Source: a virus (lineage: Duplodnaviria; Heunggongvirae; Uroviricota; Caudoviricetes). From it: a stretch of DNA of 64,000 nt. Location of the stretch: the IMG/VR virus record IMGVR_UViG_3300022752_000033, positions 17,711-81,710 of that record. One strand, given 5' to 3'. Of the stretch, positions 44,837 through 56,200 are shown piece by piece. The notes below the pieces were generated by a model that worked only from the letters and a program-made list of their open reading frames with translations, was not told where the DNA came from and ran no database searches. A program made the translations under genes and the position numbers. Each line of letters starts with the position of its first letter. The first letter of the stretch is position 1.

Positions 44837-47797
44837 TTAACTTGGGGTACAAGTTTTTATTACAACATTAGCACCATTAATATATTCTAATATTAAACTA
44901 TCTGTAAGATTTGTACCAACACTAAATGAACCGGTATAATAATCATTAAATGGTCTTAAATAAGTACTTGTTCTATATACCGTTCCCGTGTTTGTTCTAA
45001 TCGAAACCACAATTTTACTAATGTTTGTATTATTTTTTACTCCATTTGGAACGTCAAACTCATAATAAAAGACCGGAGGCGCAGTTCCAATTACTGTTTT
45101 TGTAAATCCGGAAGGACATAAATCATTAATTTCAGGAGGACACAATGTATTATCGGTGTATGGTACGATATAACCTTCGGTACCAATCACGTTTGGTTTT
45201 GTTTGTGTTGTTGGTTGATTGGTAGTATCGTTATATTTCCTTAAAGTAGTAACAATAACTTTTCCGGTATTTCCTCCTCCAACTGTGTTATTAAAGAACG
45301 TTATTGTTCCATCCGTATTCCAAGTTGTTCCACCAGCATTGGACCAATAAAATAATCCCGTATTTGACCCCATAAGACTATCAGTTAATCCATCGTTAAC
45401 TTGTACCACATTGGTTATATATTTATTATCAATTAATTTTAATGTGACACCTGTAGTCCTACTTATTTGATACATTTTATATATTCTAGAATTATCCTGT
45501 AAACTATCGAATAAATCAAAAGCCTCATATAAATTTCCTGTGACAGGGTCTAACGTCCACGCAATAGTTGCAAATTGTTTTCCTTCTAATATATCTATAA
45601 AAGAAACCCCATTCGCAGTACCACCTAAAGTTTGACCTAAAACTCCGTTGTTTGTTAAATTAACAGGAATTCTAAATTTAATTTTACCTCCAAAATCACA
45701 AACATAAAAATATCTATTTACAGAATCGTAGAACGATGACTGCCAACATCTACTATTACCATTTAAATTAACAAAAGCAGAACCCTGTAAAACAATACTT
45801 GTAATATAATTAAAATTAGCATCAAATATTCCAATATCTTTAACCGCACTATTTCCCCCTGAACCTCCAACAACCCATATATTATTCCCAACCTCTAACA
45901 TTCTTTGTGCACCGGAGCCTAGATAATTTTGTTGTTGTGTGGTTGATATAGATATAATTGTTGAAGTTGATAATTGTGGATTACTTCTAACAAATCTAAT
46001 TAATTCAGTACTACTGTTTTTACAATAAATGTAATTTGTTGTTACAAACATTAATTGTCTTTGGAATGGAGTACTACTTCCGTATGCAACTTGATAATGG
46101 GTTTGGGTTTGTATATCAAATACAAATAATCCCTGCACGTTAGATGGTGTTGTAGTATCAGTACCCGTTAATAATATTTTTTTAGTTATCGTATCAATAA
46201 AATTATTATATAATGAATTTGCTTTAATTCCCGCATAATAATTCATATCACTTTCACTTGTAGCTGTTTGTGGATTAAACCAGTAAATATTTCCTTTAAT
46301 ATAGTTATCTAAATCAACAACCCACACTCTAGGAGGAGTTGTCGACGAATCATACCATAAATTAGTAGGCGATGATAATCCACTAATCGTTTTTCTTATG
46401 TTAAATTGTGTACTTCCTTCACAATAATATTCATCTTTTCTCCAAGAAAAACTATTCTCAACATATAATAATTGGTTTTGCAATATATTAATTGGTTTAG
46501 GTGTATTAGTACTAGAACAAGTCCCTAAAAATTTAAAATTATTTATAGTAATCTTCAAAGACTGTTCTAATTTTGTAACACAACCATTTGATAATGAACC
46601 AGAATTTGTAGGTATATTTAATGTTGACACCGTAGTTCCCGTTAAAACACTTGAAGACGTTAATGTTATATAATATGAATTTGCTTGAACCGTTGTTGAT
46701 TTTTGAAATGCGCTACATCCATCAGTTCTATTTGATGTTGAAGTATTTTGATTAGTAAGAGGTGTTTGTAACACATTATTTAAATAAGTTTTTTCATCTA
46801 TTGTTATAACACCCGTACCCGGAGCTGAAATTATTTGTGTAGAGTCAAGTATAAGTTCAAATGATACACTCGCCCCAACCGGTAATACCGGATTGGTTGT
46901 TATCGTCCATTCAACTTTTTTAATATCGGTATCAACACTACTTAAAACACTAATATTATTTTGATTAATGTCTAACGAATATGTTGTCGGTATTTGACCT
47001 TGTTGTATTGTTATTTGAGTTGTGTTTGTTAATCCGTTTGAATCAATAGTTTCTAAATCGTGTTGTCCCGGACAAACATTACTAAATATAGTTGATGGTG
47101 TAGGGTTTGAATTATCTAATGAATATTGATATGGCGGAGTTCCTCCAACTGTTGATAATACGGTAATAATACCAGTACAACTTGTTCCATCCGCACATAA
47201 ATTATTTTCCGCATTTGTCTTAGTTGTTATTGGTTCAACATCAGGACAAATTCCCTGTATAACATTCAAATTTGTAATTGGCCCATAACTACCGGAACCC
47301 TGTACCGTCCAACTTGAATCAGGTATATCTGTTGTATTTGTGGATGTAAATATTAATGTTGGTTCAATTTCAACTTGCCAAACATTTGGAACCACAAATG
47401 GATTCCAAAAAATCGTATATGTTGTTCCGTTTTGAGTGGACTCCCATTTCGTTTTATTATTTTGTGTTGAATTTGGCGTGAACTGCCATGAATATAATAT
47501 ACCATCACCAATAAACGATAAACATAAATCGGGTGGTGGTACCGGTGTTTGGATTGGTACGATTTGAAATTCAATTGAGTTGGCACAATATCCGTCTCCA
47601 ACGACAATAATTAAATTTGCCGTTCCCGGTACAGATATGTTAACACCCGCTAACATGGTTGTTAAATTAATACCATCTGCAGGTAAATTACTTGTTAATA
47701 ATGTTGCAATGTTTGATGCACTGACACTATTATAATATATCGTATAAGTGGCCGTATAGTCACCTTCCGTTAATTGTATTGAATAATTTGCATTCAT
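44837..47797 (-). CDS. virion structural / tail-fiber-like protein (986 aa)
   Basis: Thr/Ser/Asn/Gly-rich β-rich composition; sits in the fiber gene block. Confidence 0.5.
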   Translation of the reverse strand: MNANYSIQLTEGDYTATYTIYYNSVSASNIATLLTSNLPADGINLTTMLAGVNISVPGTANLIIVVGDGYCANSIEFQIVPIQTPVPPPDLCLSFIGDGILYSWQFTPNSTQNNKTKWESTQNGTTYTIFWNPFVVPNVWQVEIEPTLIFTSTNTTDIPDSSWTVQGSGSYGPITNLNVIQGICPDVEPITTKTNAENNLCADGTSCTGIITVLSTVGGTPPYQYSLDNSNPTPSTIFSNVCPGQHDLETIDSNGLTNTTQITIQQGQIPTTYSLDINQNNISVLSSVDTDIKKVEWTITTNPVLPVGASVSFELILDSTQIISAPGTGVITIDEKTYLNNVLQTPLTNQNTSTSNRTDGCSAFQKSTTVQANSYYITLTSSSVLTGTTVSTLNIPTNSGSLSNGCVTKLEQSLKITINNFKFLGTCSSTNTPKPINILQNQLLYVENSFSWRKDEYYCEGSTQFNIRKTISGLSSPTNLWYDSSTTPPRVWVVDLDNYIKGNIYWFNPQTATSESDMNYYAGIKANSLYNNFIDTITKKILLTGTDTTTPSNVQGLFVFDIQTQTHYQVAYGSSTPFQRQLMFVTTNYIYCKNSSTELIRFVRSNPQLSTSTIISISTTQQQNYLGSGAQRMLEVGNNIWVVGGSGGNSAVKDIGIFDANFNYITSIVLQGSAFVNLNGNSRCWQSSFYDSVNRYFYVCDFGGKIKFRIPVNLTNNGVLGQTLGGTANGVSFIDILEGKQFATIAWTLDPVTGNLYEAFDLFDSLQDNSRIYKMYQISRTTGVTLKLIDNKYITNVVQVNDGLTDSLMGSNTGLFYWSNAGGTTWNTDGTITFFNNTVGGGNTGKVIVTTLRKYNDTTNQPTTQTKPNVIGTEGYIVPYTDNTLCPPEINDLCPSGFTKTVIGTAPPVFYYEFDVPNGVKNNTNISKIVVSIRTNTGTVYRTSTYLRPFNDYYTGSFSVGTNLTDSLILEYINGANVVIKTCTPS

Positions 47798-47934
47798 ATT
47801 TTAAATAAATATTTTTTAATCTATTTTACAAGAACCAACTAAGGTTATTGTGACACCAATTCCATTAGTTATAAATAAACTTAACCCATGTGGAATACAA
47901 TCAATTCTTGTTATTGTTACTTCTTTAATTTATT

Positions 47935-48261
47935 TTAAGGTATTTGTATTGTCGCTCTGTTAATTTCAGTGTTAAATATTACATTATTATCTATACCAAG
48001 TTCACTTAAAATCAATTGACTAACTTCTGATGTATTAATGTCTTCACGAACAATCACATCGTAGTTAGAAAATTCATCCCAATATCCCCAATAAAAACTA
48101 CCGTATATGTATACTTCTATTGTCCTGTTTAAATAACCATTTATATAATTTTTAATACCAATAAATTTTTGTTGCACATCGATTGGTAAATCATTAAATA
48201 ATTTTACCTGTCCTCTTCTGTCCCTTTCTCTGTTTTTATATATTACTTTTGTATATGTCAT
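47935..48261 (-). CDS. small protein with a nucleotidyltransferase-like GS...D motif (or fiber accessory)
   Basis: VYIYGSFYWGYWDEFSNYDVIV resembles the minimal nucleotidyltransferase hG[GS] ... [DE]h[DE] arrangement; weak. Confidence 0.25.
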   Translation of the reverse strand: MTYTKVIYKNRERDRRGQVKLFNDLPIDVQQKFIGIKNYINGYLNRTIEVYIYGSFYWGYWDEFSNYDVIVREDINTSEVSQLILSELGIDNNVIFNTEINRATIQIP

Positions 48262-48276
48262 ATTATTATTTTTTTT

Positions 48277-51200
48277 TTATGAGAATGATAATGTTGCTTG
48301 ATAAAATGAATTAACGTGGAATAATTTGTCAAGGGTTGTAAACACTAAACGTAAGGTATGGACAGTATTCGCAGGTAAAAGATATGGTGGTGGAATAATT
48401 ATTACAGGAACAATTGGGCCATCATTACATCCTAACCCTCCTCCAGGAGCCTGTCCATTTGAAACTTCTGCACCATCAAGAAAAAAGCTCATTCTATCAA
48501 ATCCGGTCGCCTGTAATTCACCTTGACCAAACCAAGTAAGATTTAAATTTGTATTTACAGGACCTACCGTTATTGTTGCAGTTGCAGTCGCTTCTTGCGT
48601 TATATCACAACCTCCCACCTGACAATTTAGAGATGGTGCAACATTAAATCTAATCGTTAAATTATCGGGTGATATGACCCACCCCGCCGATTGACAACCT
48701 GTTACACCTTCCGTATTTTTTGTTGTTGACCATACTAAACCTGACACAGGTAACGGTACTCTTGTAGGTGTAGGTGTTTTAGTTTTAGTTGGAGTCGCCG
48801 ACATAGTTGGTGTTTGACTAGCAGTTCTAGTAGGTGTGTTTGAAGCCGTTGGTGTTGGTGTTGAAGTTAATGTTGGCACCGAACAACATCCATTGAGTTC
48901 CGTGATTAAAATATCGCCAGAAATCGAATCCACATTCAAAGAACAAATTGTCGCACTACCTGATTTAGGAAACTCATCTGTCACTGTATCACCATAACAA
49001 TTAGTATAAGAATATCGCCCTAGATAAGGACCTGTTAAAAGATAAGAACAACATCTACCAGCACAATATTTTACATCACAAACTAAAGTTGGTGTTGGTG
49101 TTGCGGTTTTTGTCGGTGTTTGTGTTGCGGTTTTTGTCGGTGTTTGTGTTGTGGTTTTTGTTGGAGTTTGTGATGTTGTTCTCGTTGGAGTCGAAGTATT
49201 AGTCGGTGTTTGTGTTGGTGTCTGAGTTTGAGTTTGAGTTCTTGTTGCGGTATTAGTCGGTGTTTGAGTCAGCGTTTGTGCTCTAGTTGCGGTGTTAGTT
49301 GGAGTTTGCGTCGTAGTTTTTGTTGGTGTCTGTGTCGGTGTTTGAGTCCTTGTCGCAGTATTAGTTGGTGTTTGCGTCGATGTTTGTGTTGGTGTTTGAG
49401 TCCTTGTCGCAGTGTTTGTTGGTGTTTGCGTCGATGTTTTAGTTGGTGTCTGTGTTGGAGTTGCGGTATTTGTTGGTGTTTTAGTTGCAGTATTTGTTGG
49501 TGTCTGTGTTGGTGTTTGAGTTCTTGTTGCTGTATTAGTCGGTGTTTGCGTTGCAGTATTGGTAGGTGTTTTAGTAGTTGTTGCAGTATTTGTTGGTGTT
49601 TGTGTTGGAGTTTGAGTCCTTGTTGCGGTATTAGTCGGCGTTTGTGTTGTAGTATTTGTTGGTGTTTGTGTCGGTGTTTGGGTTCTTGTCGCAGTGTTTG
49701 TCGGCGTTTGTGTCGGTGTAGAAGTATTGGTTGCAGTATTAGTAGGTGTCTGTGTAGGTGTTTGAGTTCTTGTTGCAGTATTAGTCGCAGTTCTTGTTGC
49801 CGTATTAGTTGGTGTTTGAGTCGTAGTATTAGTAGGTGTTTGTGTTGGTGTTTTTGTCATTGTTGGTGTCTGAGTTTGTGTTACAGTTGGTGTTGGCGTT
49901 TTAGTAGGACAATTATATATATTAGTCGTACAATCAGGACATCCGGCCGATGGCGAAAGAATCGAACCGTTTCCATAAGTAATACTAGGAGGTGTCATAA
50001 ACTTATACGTCGCACAACCTACAAACCCATCCGTTCTAATATAGTAAGTTGCATCGACAACTGGTGTACCAAGCGTTAAGTCAACATTAAACCTTGAACC
50101 ATCACAACACGATTCCCACCCAAGAGTTGATATTGTTGGAGTTACAGTTGGTGTTGCTGTATTGGTTGGAGTTTGAGTTTTAGTTGCAGTATTCGTCGGT
50201 GTTTGAGTATTTGTAGGTGTTTTAGTTGGAGTTTGAGTTTTGGTCGCAGTATTTGTTGGTGTTTGTGTTGGTGTTTCAGTTCTTGTTGCAGTATTAGTCG
50301 CCGTATTAGTTGCGGTATTGGTTGGAGTTTGTGTTGCAGTGTTAGTCGGTGTTTGTGTAGGTGTTTGAGTTCTTGTTGCGGTACTAGTTGGAGTCTGTGT
50401 TGCAGTACTAGTTGGTGTTTTAGTCGCAGTATTTGTTGGGGTCTGTGTTGTGGTATTAGTTTGTGTTTGAGTTTGAGTTGTAGTATTAGTTGGTGTTTGA
50501 GTTTGAGTTGTAGTATTAGTTGGTGTTTGAGTTGTAGTATTAGTTGGTGTCTGTGTTGAAGTTTTTGTTGGTGTTTGAGTTCTTGTCGCAGTATTTGTCG
50601 GTGTTTGAGTCGCAGTTTGAGTCGGTGTTTGAGTCGCAGTTTGAGTCGGTGTTTGAGTCGCAGTTTGAGTTGGGGTATTGGTAGGTGTTTGGGTTGGCGT
50701 TTTTGTGTTTGTTGCAGTATTTGTGGGTGTTTGAGTTGGTGTCTGTGTTGGAGTTTGAGTTCTTGTCGCAGTATTGGTTGCAGTATTTGTAGGTGTTTGA
50801 GTTCTTGTCGCAGTATTAGTTGGTGTAGGTGTTTGAGTTGGCGTTTTAGTTGGTGTCTGTGTAGGACACGGAAAATCTAATTTACAAGCATCACAATTTC
50901 CAAAATCAACAACACCTATCGCACCATTTGTATATGTCAATCCTGGCGGTGTCATAATTTTATATGTCGCACAACCGGTGAACTGTGTTGATGTTACATA
51001 ATACACTCTACCTTCAACAAGAGTTGTTGGTATAGTTAATATTAAAGAGAACCGAGTACCATCACAACAAGCCTCCCAATTAAGACTTGAAATGGTAGGT
51101 GTTACAGTTGGTGTTGACGTATTGGTTGGAGTATTGGTTGGTGTTTTAGTATTAGTTGGTGTCTGCGTATTTGTCGTAGTATTGGTTGGAGTTTGAGTTG

Positions 51201-53160
51201 AGGTTTTAGTCGTTGTTGGAGTATTAGTTGAGGTATTAGTAGGTGTCTGTGTTGCAGTATTTGTAGGGGTATTTGTTGCAGTATTTGTCGGCGTTTGTGT
51301 TGCGGTTTTAGTTGGTGTTTGAGTTTTAGTAGCCGTATTTGTAGGTGTTTGAGTTGTCGTATTTGTCGGCGTATTTGTAGGGGTTTGAGTTGGTGTTTGG
51401 GTAGACGTATTCGTTGCCGTATTAGTTGGTGTTTGAGTTTGCGTTGTAGTATTAGTTGGAGTTTGAGTAGGTGTTTGTGTTGCGGTTTTAGTTGGTGTTT
51501 GAGTACTAGTTGGTGTTTTAGTTGCAGTATTTGTTGCGGTATTAGTTGGTGTTTGTGTAGGTGTTTGAGTTCCAGTTTTGGTTGGTGTTTGAGTTTGCGT
51601 TGGTGTTTGTGTTGCGGTTTTAGTCGGTGTTTGAGTTTGTGTAGGAGTTTGTGTTCCGGTTTTAGTCGGTGTTTGAGTTAATATTTCCCCATTTGTTGGT
51701 GTGTTTGTAGGTGTTGTAGTATTAGTTGGGGTTTGAGTTTGTGTTGCAGTATTAGTTGGGGTTTGAGTAGGAGTTTGAGTACTAGTTTTTGTTGGTGTCT
51801 GTGTGTTTGTTGGTGTCTTAGTTTGCGTAGATGTTTTGGTCGGCGTTTGAGTTCCGGTTTTAGTTGGAGTGTTTGTTGGTGTCTTAGTTTGAGTTGCAGT
51901 ATTAGTTGGGGTCTGTGTTGGTGTCTTAGTTTGCGTAGATGTTTTGGTCGGCGTTTGAGTACTTGTCGCAGTATTAGTCGGGGTCTGTGCCGGTGTTGAG
52001 GTATTTGTTGGAGTTTGTGTTGGAGTTGAAGTATTGGTTGGTGTTTGAGTTGGAGTCTCCGTATTTGTTGGTGTTGGTGTTGGGCTTTCCGGTATACCAT
52101 ACCTAAAATCCCAAACATAGTAAATATTTGTATTTGGCCCAGCATAATCAAACGGAACATTCGCACAGAAATAATCAACACCATTTATATTTTGTTGATA
52201 AACAGTTGTACTACTCAATGTCGGTATTAAAGTTTGAAATTGAGCCTTTGTATATTCAACCGTACTACTATAATACCACATCGTATTACCATACGATAAA
52301 TTAAATGGTAGATTAGCAATGCCAATAAGATTTTTAGGTATCTGTAATCTAACCGTATCACCATAATTCGGTAAATTAAATTGAGTGTTTGAATTAGAAT
52401 AATAACCAACTTTCCATCCATCCAAACTATTTGGAGTATTATTAAAACTATACCCAAGACCTGAGTTGGTAAGACTACTAAAAGATAAATCGTTAATATA
52501 TTTACCAACATCCGGTAAATCATTTAAAACACTTCCGTATACTTTAGGGGGTACTAGATATGTTGCAACTCCGTTTAGGTCACAATTCGGTAAATTTCTA
52601 CCAATACTACATACCGTAGTTGCAGTATAATCACCATAATAATCTATTACAGTGACCGGATAACTACCCGAAGATACATTAAATAATATTTTTTCTCTAA
52701 CTCCATTCGCCCACAAAACATTATATGGACTTGTTCCACCCGTAATATTAATCCTAATTATACCACCAGTATTTGTAAAAACATCTACCTCTTGTAAAAT
52801 CTCACAACTAATACCCATTGGATAATTTGTATAAATTTCACACGTATTATAATCATACGTGACAATTTTACCTGTTAAAGTAGATGGAGTTGTTGGATTG
52901 GTTGGTGTTGGGGTATTTGATGGGGTTAACGTTGGTGTTGGGGTATTTGATGGGGTTAACGTTGGTGTTGGTGTTGGGGTGGATGTGGGGCACTGTGTTA
53001 TGACTTCATTGTCATTTAAAATAGTTACGTTTTGATATACACTATTTAAATCAAAAGTAATTATATATGGCAAGGCGGTATCACCATAATTAAAATTACC
53101 GCAACAATCCGTATAAACGTAATTGTTAAGAGTAATACCTGAAACACAATATACCGCCAT
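48277..53160 (-). CDS. giant modular Thr/Pro-rich surface/fiber protein (1627 aa), paralog of 53218..60909
   Basis: A 330-aa N-terminal domain conserved with the neighbour (MAV(Y/S)CVSGITLN..YTDCCGN). Multiple Cys-rich modules (CCDG(T/S)RF...GCATYK(I/F)MTPP; CD(V/E)(K/I)YC...CCSY) separated by hundreds of residues of TPTQTPTNTAT linker. Confidence 0.7.
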   Translation of the reverse strand: MAVYCVSGITLNNYVYTDCCGNFNYGDTALPYIITFDLNSVYQNVTILNDNEVITQCPTSTPTPTPTLTPSNTPTPTLTPSNTPTPTNPTTPSTLTGKIVTYDYNTCEIYTNYPMGISCEILQEVDVFTNTGGIIRINITGGTSPYNVLWANGVREKILFNVSSGSYPVTVIDYYGDYTATTVCSIGRNLPNCDLNGVATYLVPPKVYGSVLNDLPDVGKYINDLSFSSLTNSGLGYSFNNTPNSLDGWKVGYYSNSNTQFNLPNYGDTVRLQIPKNLIGIANLPFNLSYGNTMWYYSSTVEYTKAQFQTLIPTLSSTTVYQQNINGVDYFCANVPFDYAGPNTNIYYVWDFRYGIPESPTPTPTNTETPTQTPTNTSTPTQTPTNTSTPAQTPTNTATSTQTPTKTSTQTKTPTQTPTNTATQTKTPTNTPTKTGTQTPTKTSTQTKTPTNTQTPTKTSTQTPTQTPTNTATQTQTPTNTTTPTNTPTNGEILTQTPTKTGTQTPTQTQTPTKTATQTPTQTQTPTKTGTQTPTQTPTNTATNTATKTPTSTQTPTKTATQTPTQTPTNTTTQTQTPTNTATNTSTQTPTQTPTNTPTNTTTQTPTNTATKTQTPTKTATQTPTNTATNTPTNTATQTPTNTSTNTPTTTKTSTQTPTNTTTNTQTPTNTKTPTNTPTNTSTPTVTPTISSLNWEACCDGTRFSLILTIPTTLVEGRVYYVTSTQFTGCATYKIMTPPGLTYTNGAIGVVDFGNCDACKLDFPCPTQTPTKTPTQTPTPTNTATRTQTPTNTATNTATRTQTPTQTPTQTPTNTATNTKTPTQTPTNTPTQTATQTPTQTATQTPTQTATQTPTNTATRTQTPTKTSTQTPTNTTTQTPTNTTTQTQTPTNTTTQTQTQTNTTTQTPTNTATKTPTSTATQTPTSTATRTQTPTQTPTNTATQTPTNTATNTATNTATRTETPTQTPTNTATKTQTPTKTPTNTQTPTNTATKTQTPTNTATPTVTPTISTLGWESCCDGSRFNVDLTLGTPVVDATYYIRTDGFVGCATYKFMTPPSITYGNGSILSPSAGCPDCTTNIYNCPTKTPTPTVTQTQTPTMTKTPTQTPTNTTTQTPTNTATRTATNTATRTQTPTQTPTNTATNTSTPTQTPTNTATRTQTPTQTPTNTTTQTPTNTATRTQTPTQTPTNTATTTKTPTNTATQTPTNTATRTQTPTQTPTNTATKTPTNTATPTQTPTKTSTQTPTNTATRTQTPTQTSTQTPTNTATRTQTPTQTPTKTTTQTPTNTATRAQTLTQTPTNTATRTQTQTQTPTQTPTNTSTPTRTTSQTPTKTTTQTPTKTATQTPTKTATPTPTLVCDVKYCAGRCCSYLLTGPYLGRYSYTNCYGDTVTDEFPKSGSATICSLNVDSISGDILITELNGCCSVPTLTSTPTPTASNTPTRTASQTPTMSATPTKTKTPTPTRVPLPVSGLVWSTTKNTEGVTGCQSAGWVISPDNLTIRFNVAPSLNCQVGGCDITQEATATATITVGPVNTNLNLTWFGQGELQATGFDRMSFFLDGAEVSNGQAPGGGLGCNDGPIVPVIIIPPPYLLPANTVHTLRLVFTTLDKLFHVNSFYQATLSFS
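48780..52090 (-). repeat. degenerate short-period coding tandem repeats (ACN-CCN-ACN-[CAA/AAT/AAA]) encoding T-P-T-Q/N/K linkers
   Basis: Hundreds of 6-18-nt near-repeats; on the plus strand seen as ggtgtttgagttggtgtttgtgt. Confidence 0.8.
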
Positions 53161-53217
53161 AGTTTATCTTTAAATTATAATTTTTAATTTATTATTATAA
53201 ATAACCGTTCATTTATT

Positions 53218-56200
53218 TTATAAAACTCCTCCATCAACTATCGTCCAACCGTACCCTCCACTTCCCGTACTTCCTGTTAATAAATTTTTACCCGCTTGTC
53301 CTGCCGCGGTGTATTTAATTGTACTGAATAATATACTTAAGTTAGGTTTAACCGTCTTACCACCTGAAGTCCATCCTGTGTATATATCTGTCAAATTAAC
53401 CGCAGAATAGTCGGAAGATGTTTTACCCTGCATAAAATTACTAACATTTGTTACACCTGAAATATTCCAATTTCCTATAGGTTGATTAAATGCTGTTGCA
53501 TAACCAAACATAGTAGTCATATTTGTAACATTAGATGTATTCCAATTTCCTATTGGTTGGTTAAATGTAGTTGCACTATAGAACATAGTATTCATAGCAG
53601 TAACCGCACTTGTCGTCCACCCTGATATTGATGGTGAATTTAAATTATTAAAAGCGGTTGCTTGATAGAATAGAGATATCATATTTGTAACTTTAGATGT
53701 ATCCCAACTTCCAATATTTTGATTGAATGCCGATGTTGCTCGGAACGTATAACTCATATCAGTAACCTTAGAAACATTCCAATTTCCTATTGGTTGATTA
53801 AATACAGTTGCACCCCAGAACATTTCACTAATGTTAGTAACCGCGCTTGTCGTCCATCCTGATATTGATGTTGAGCCGGAGTTGTTAAACGATGCAGCAT
53901 CTTTAAACATAGCTCCCATATTTGTAACTTTAGATGTATTCCAATTTCCAATTGGTTGATTAAATGATGTTGCACCATTAAACATCGTACCCATAAGTGT
54001 AGCCGCACTTGTCGTCCACCCTGATATTGATGGTGAATTTAAATTATTAAAATTTGTTGCAAATTGGAATAATCCCGTAAAGTCCGTAACTTTAGATGTA
54101 TCCCAACTTCCAATATTTTGATTAAATTGTGTTGCGCTTCTAAAAGTACCATTTAAACTTACAACATTAGAAACATTCCAACTTCCAATTGGTTGGTTAA
54201 ACGAAGTTGCACCTCGGAACATAGCATTCATATTAGTCGCAGCACTTGTCGTCCATCCTGATATCGATGTTGAACCAGAGTTATTAAATGCCGTTGCACC
54301 ATTAAACGTACTAGTGAGTGTATCTATATTAGATAAAATCCAACTTCCAATATTTTGGTCGAATTTTATATTTGTTTGGAATGTACTATTCATTCTTGTT
54401 ACTTTTCTTACATCCCACGTTCCAATTGGTTGGTTAAATGGAGTACTTCTAAACATAGAATCCATATTGGTAACCGCGCTTGTCGTCCATCCTGATATTG
54501 ATGGTGAATTTAAATTATTAAATGCAAGGGCGGCATCAAACATATTATTCATTGCCACAACATTACTAACATCCCAACTTCCAATGTTTTGATTAAATAA
54601 TCCCGCACCATAGAACATATAACCCATACCAAGATTACCGGTAACATTTCTAACGTTCCAACTTCCAATTGGTTGATTAAACGCATCTGCACCATAGAAC
54701 ATATAACTCATGTCAGTAACTGCAGAAGTAATCCAAGTATTTATTGAATTACTATTACCATTATTAAATGCTCTTGCTTCACGGAACATAGCACTCATAT
54801 TAGTAACCTTAGACGTATCCCAACTTCCAATTGGTTGATTAAAAGTAACCCCACTATAGAACATATAACTCATGTCAGTAACTGCACTTGTCGTCCATCC
54901 TGATATTGATGGTGACCCAGAGTTATTAAATGTTGGTACGTTTTTAAACATACTATTCATATTCGAAACCTTACCAACCGACCAATTTCCTATATTATTG
55001 TTAAACGTTACACTACCTTCAAACATAGAACTCATACCCGTAACTTGTGACATATTCCATGAATTAATTCCACTAACACTTGTCAATGACACACACTCTC
55101 TAAATGCTGAATTAAAGTTTGTTGTTCCTTGGGTATCTAAAATATCCGTTACTCCAGTTAATATTAAATTTCTACTACCATATAAATAAGAACCTTCGTT
55201 AGTTCCAAACCTTAAACTACCCCACTTAGTAATCTCCTTTAATTTTCTACTATCACCCGCATTATTAAATCTCCATCCGGTTAAACCACCCCGTATTGCT
55301 GAGATTGTTATTGTATATGCACTTGGTGTTGCGTAGGTATGTGTAATACCTGAACTAGGCGATGATGCAACATATTGAGAAGTACCATCACCCCAATTTA
55401 CAGAACAATTATAACTTCCACTTGAAATGAACGGTAAGACAAAATTACTATATGTAGAACTACTTACAGGCGGATATGTTCCTGACGATATAACACAGTT
55501 ACCAAACGTATCAGCACTATATGGTAAAATTTCATATACCACAGTTGTTGTGTCAGGTTGATAAAGTAATACGGTTGCCGTTGGGAATGTTGTTGCAATA
55601 TTTGTTCTAACACTACTTAATGATTTTGGTGTTGTTAATGTAACATTCGTTGAGACTCCATTATAAATAAATGACATTACTGTTGTATTTGTAATATCAG
55701 AATTATTAAAATTATAATATGAATATGTATTTCTTGTGTCAATAAGAGCAACAAAATCATTTATAGGTTGTGTAGGTGTAGGAGTTTGTGTTGTTGTATT
55801 TGTTGGTGTTTGAGTTGAAGTTTGTGTTGGTGTTTGTGTTCTAGTGTTGGTTGGAGTTTGAGTTGAAGTTTGAGTTGGTGTTTGAGTATTTGTAGGCGTA
55901 TTTGACATTGTTGGTGTTTGTGTTGCGGTTTGTGTTGGTGTTTGAGTCGCAGTTTGAGTTGGTGTATTAGACATTGTCGGTGTTTGTGTTGAAGTTTGAG
56001 TTGGCGTATTAGACATTGTCGGTGTTTGAGTTGAAGTTTGAGTTGGTGTTTGTGTTGAAGTTTGAGTTGGTGTATTAGACATTGTCGGTGTTTGTGTTGT
56101 TGTATTGGTTGGAGTTTGAGTCGCAGTTTGAGTTGGTGTATTAGACATTGTTGGTGTTTGTGTTGAAGTTTGAGTTGGTGTATTAGACATTGTCGGTGTT

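Noticed and set aside
51678-52523. Minus-strand ORFs 51678..52184 and 52227..52523 in other frames inside the 1627-aa gene
   Set aside because: Nested in alternative frames of the same repeat-rich gene. Gln/His/Pro/Lys repeat translation is a frame artefact.
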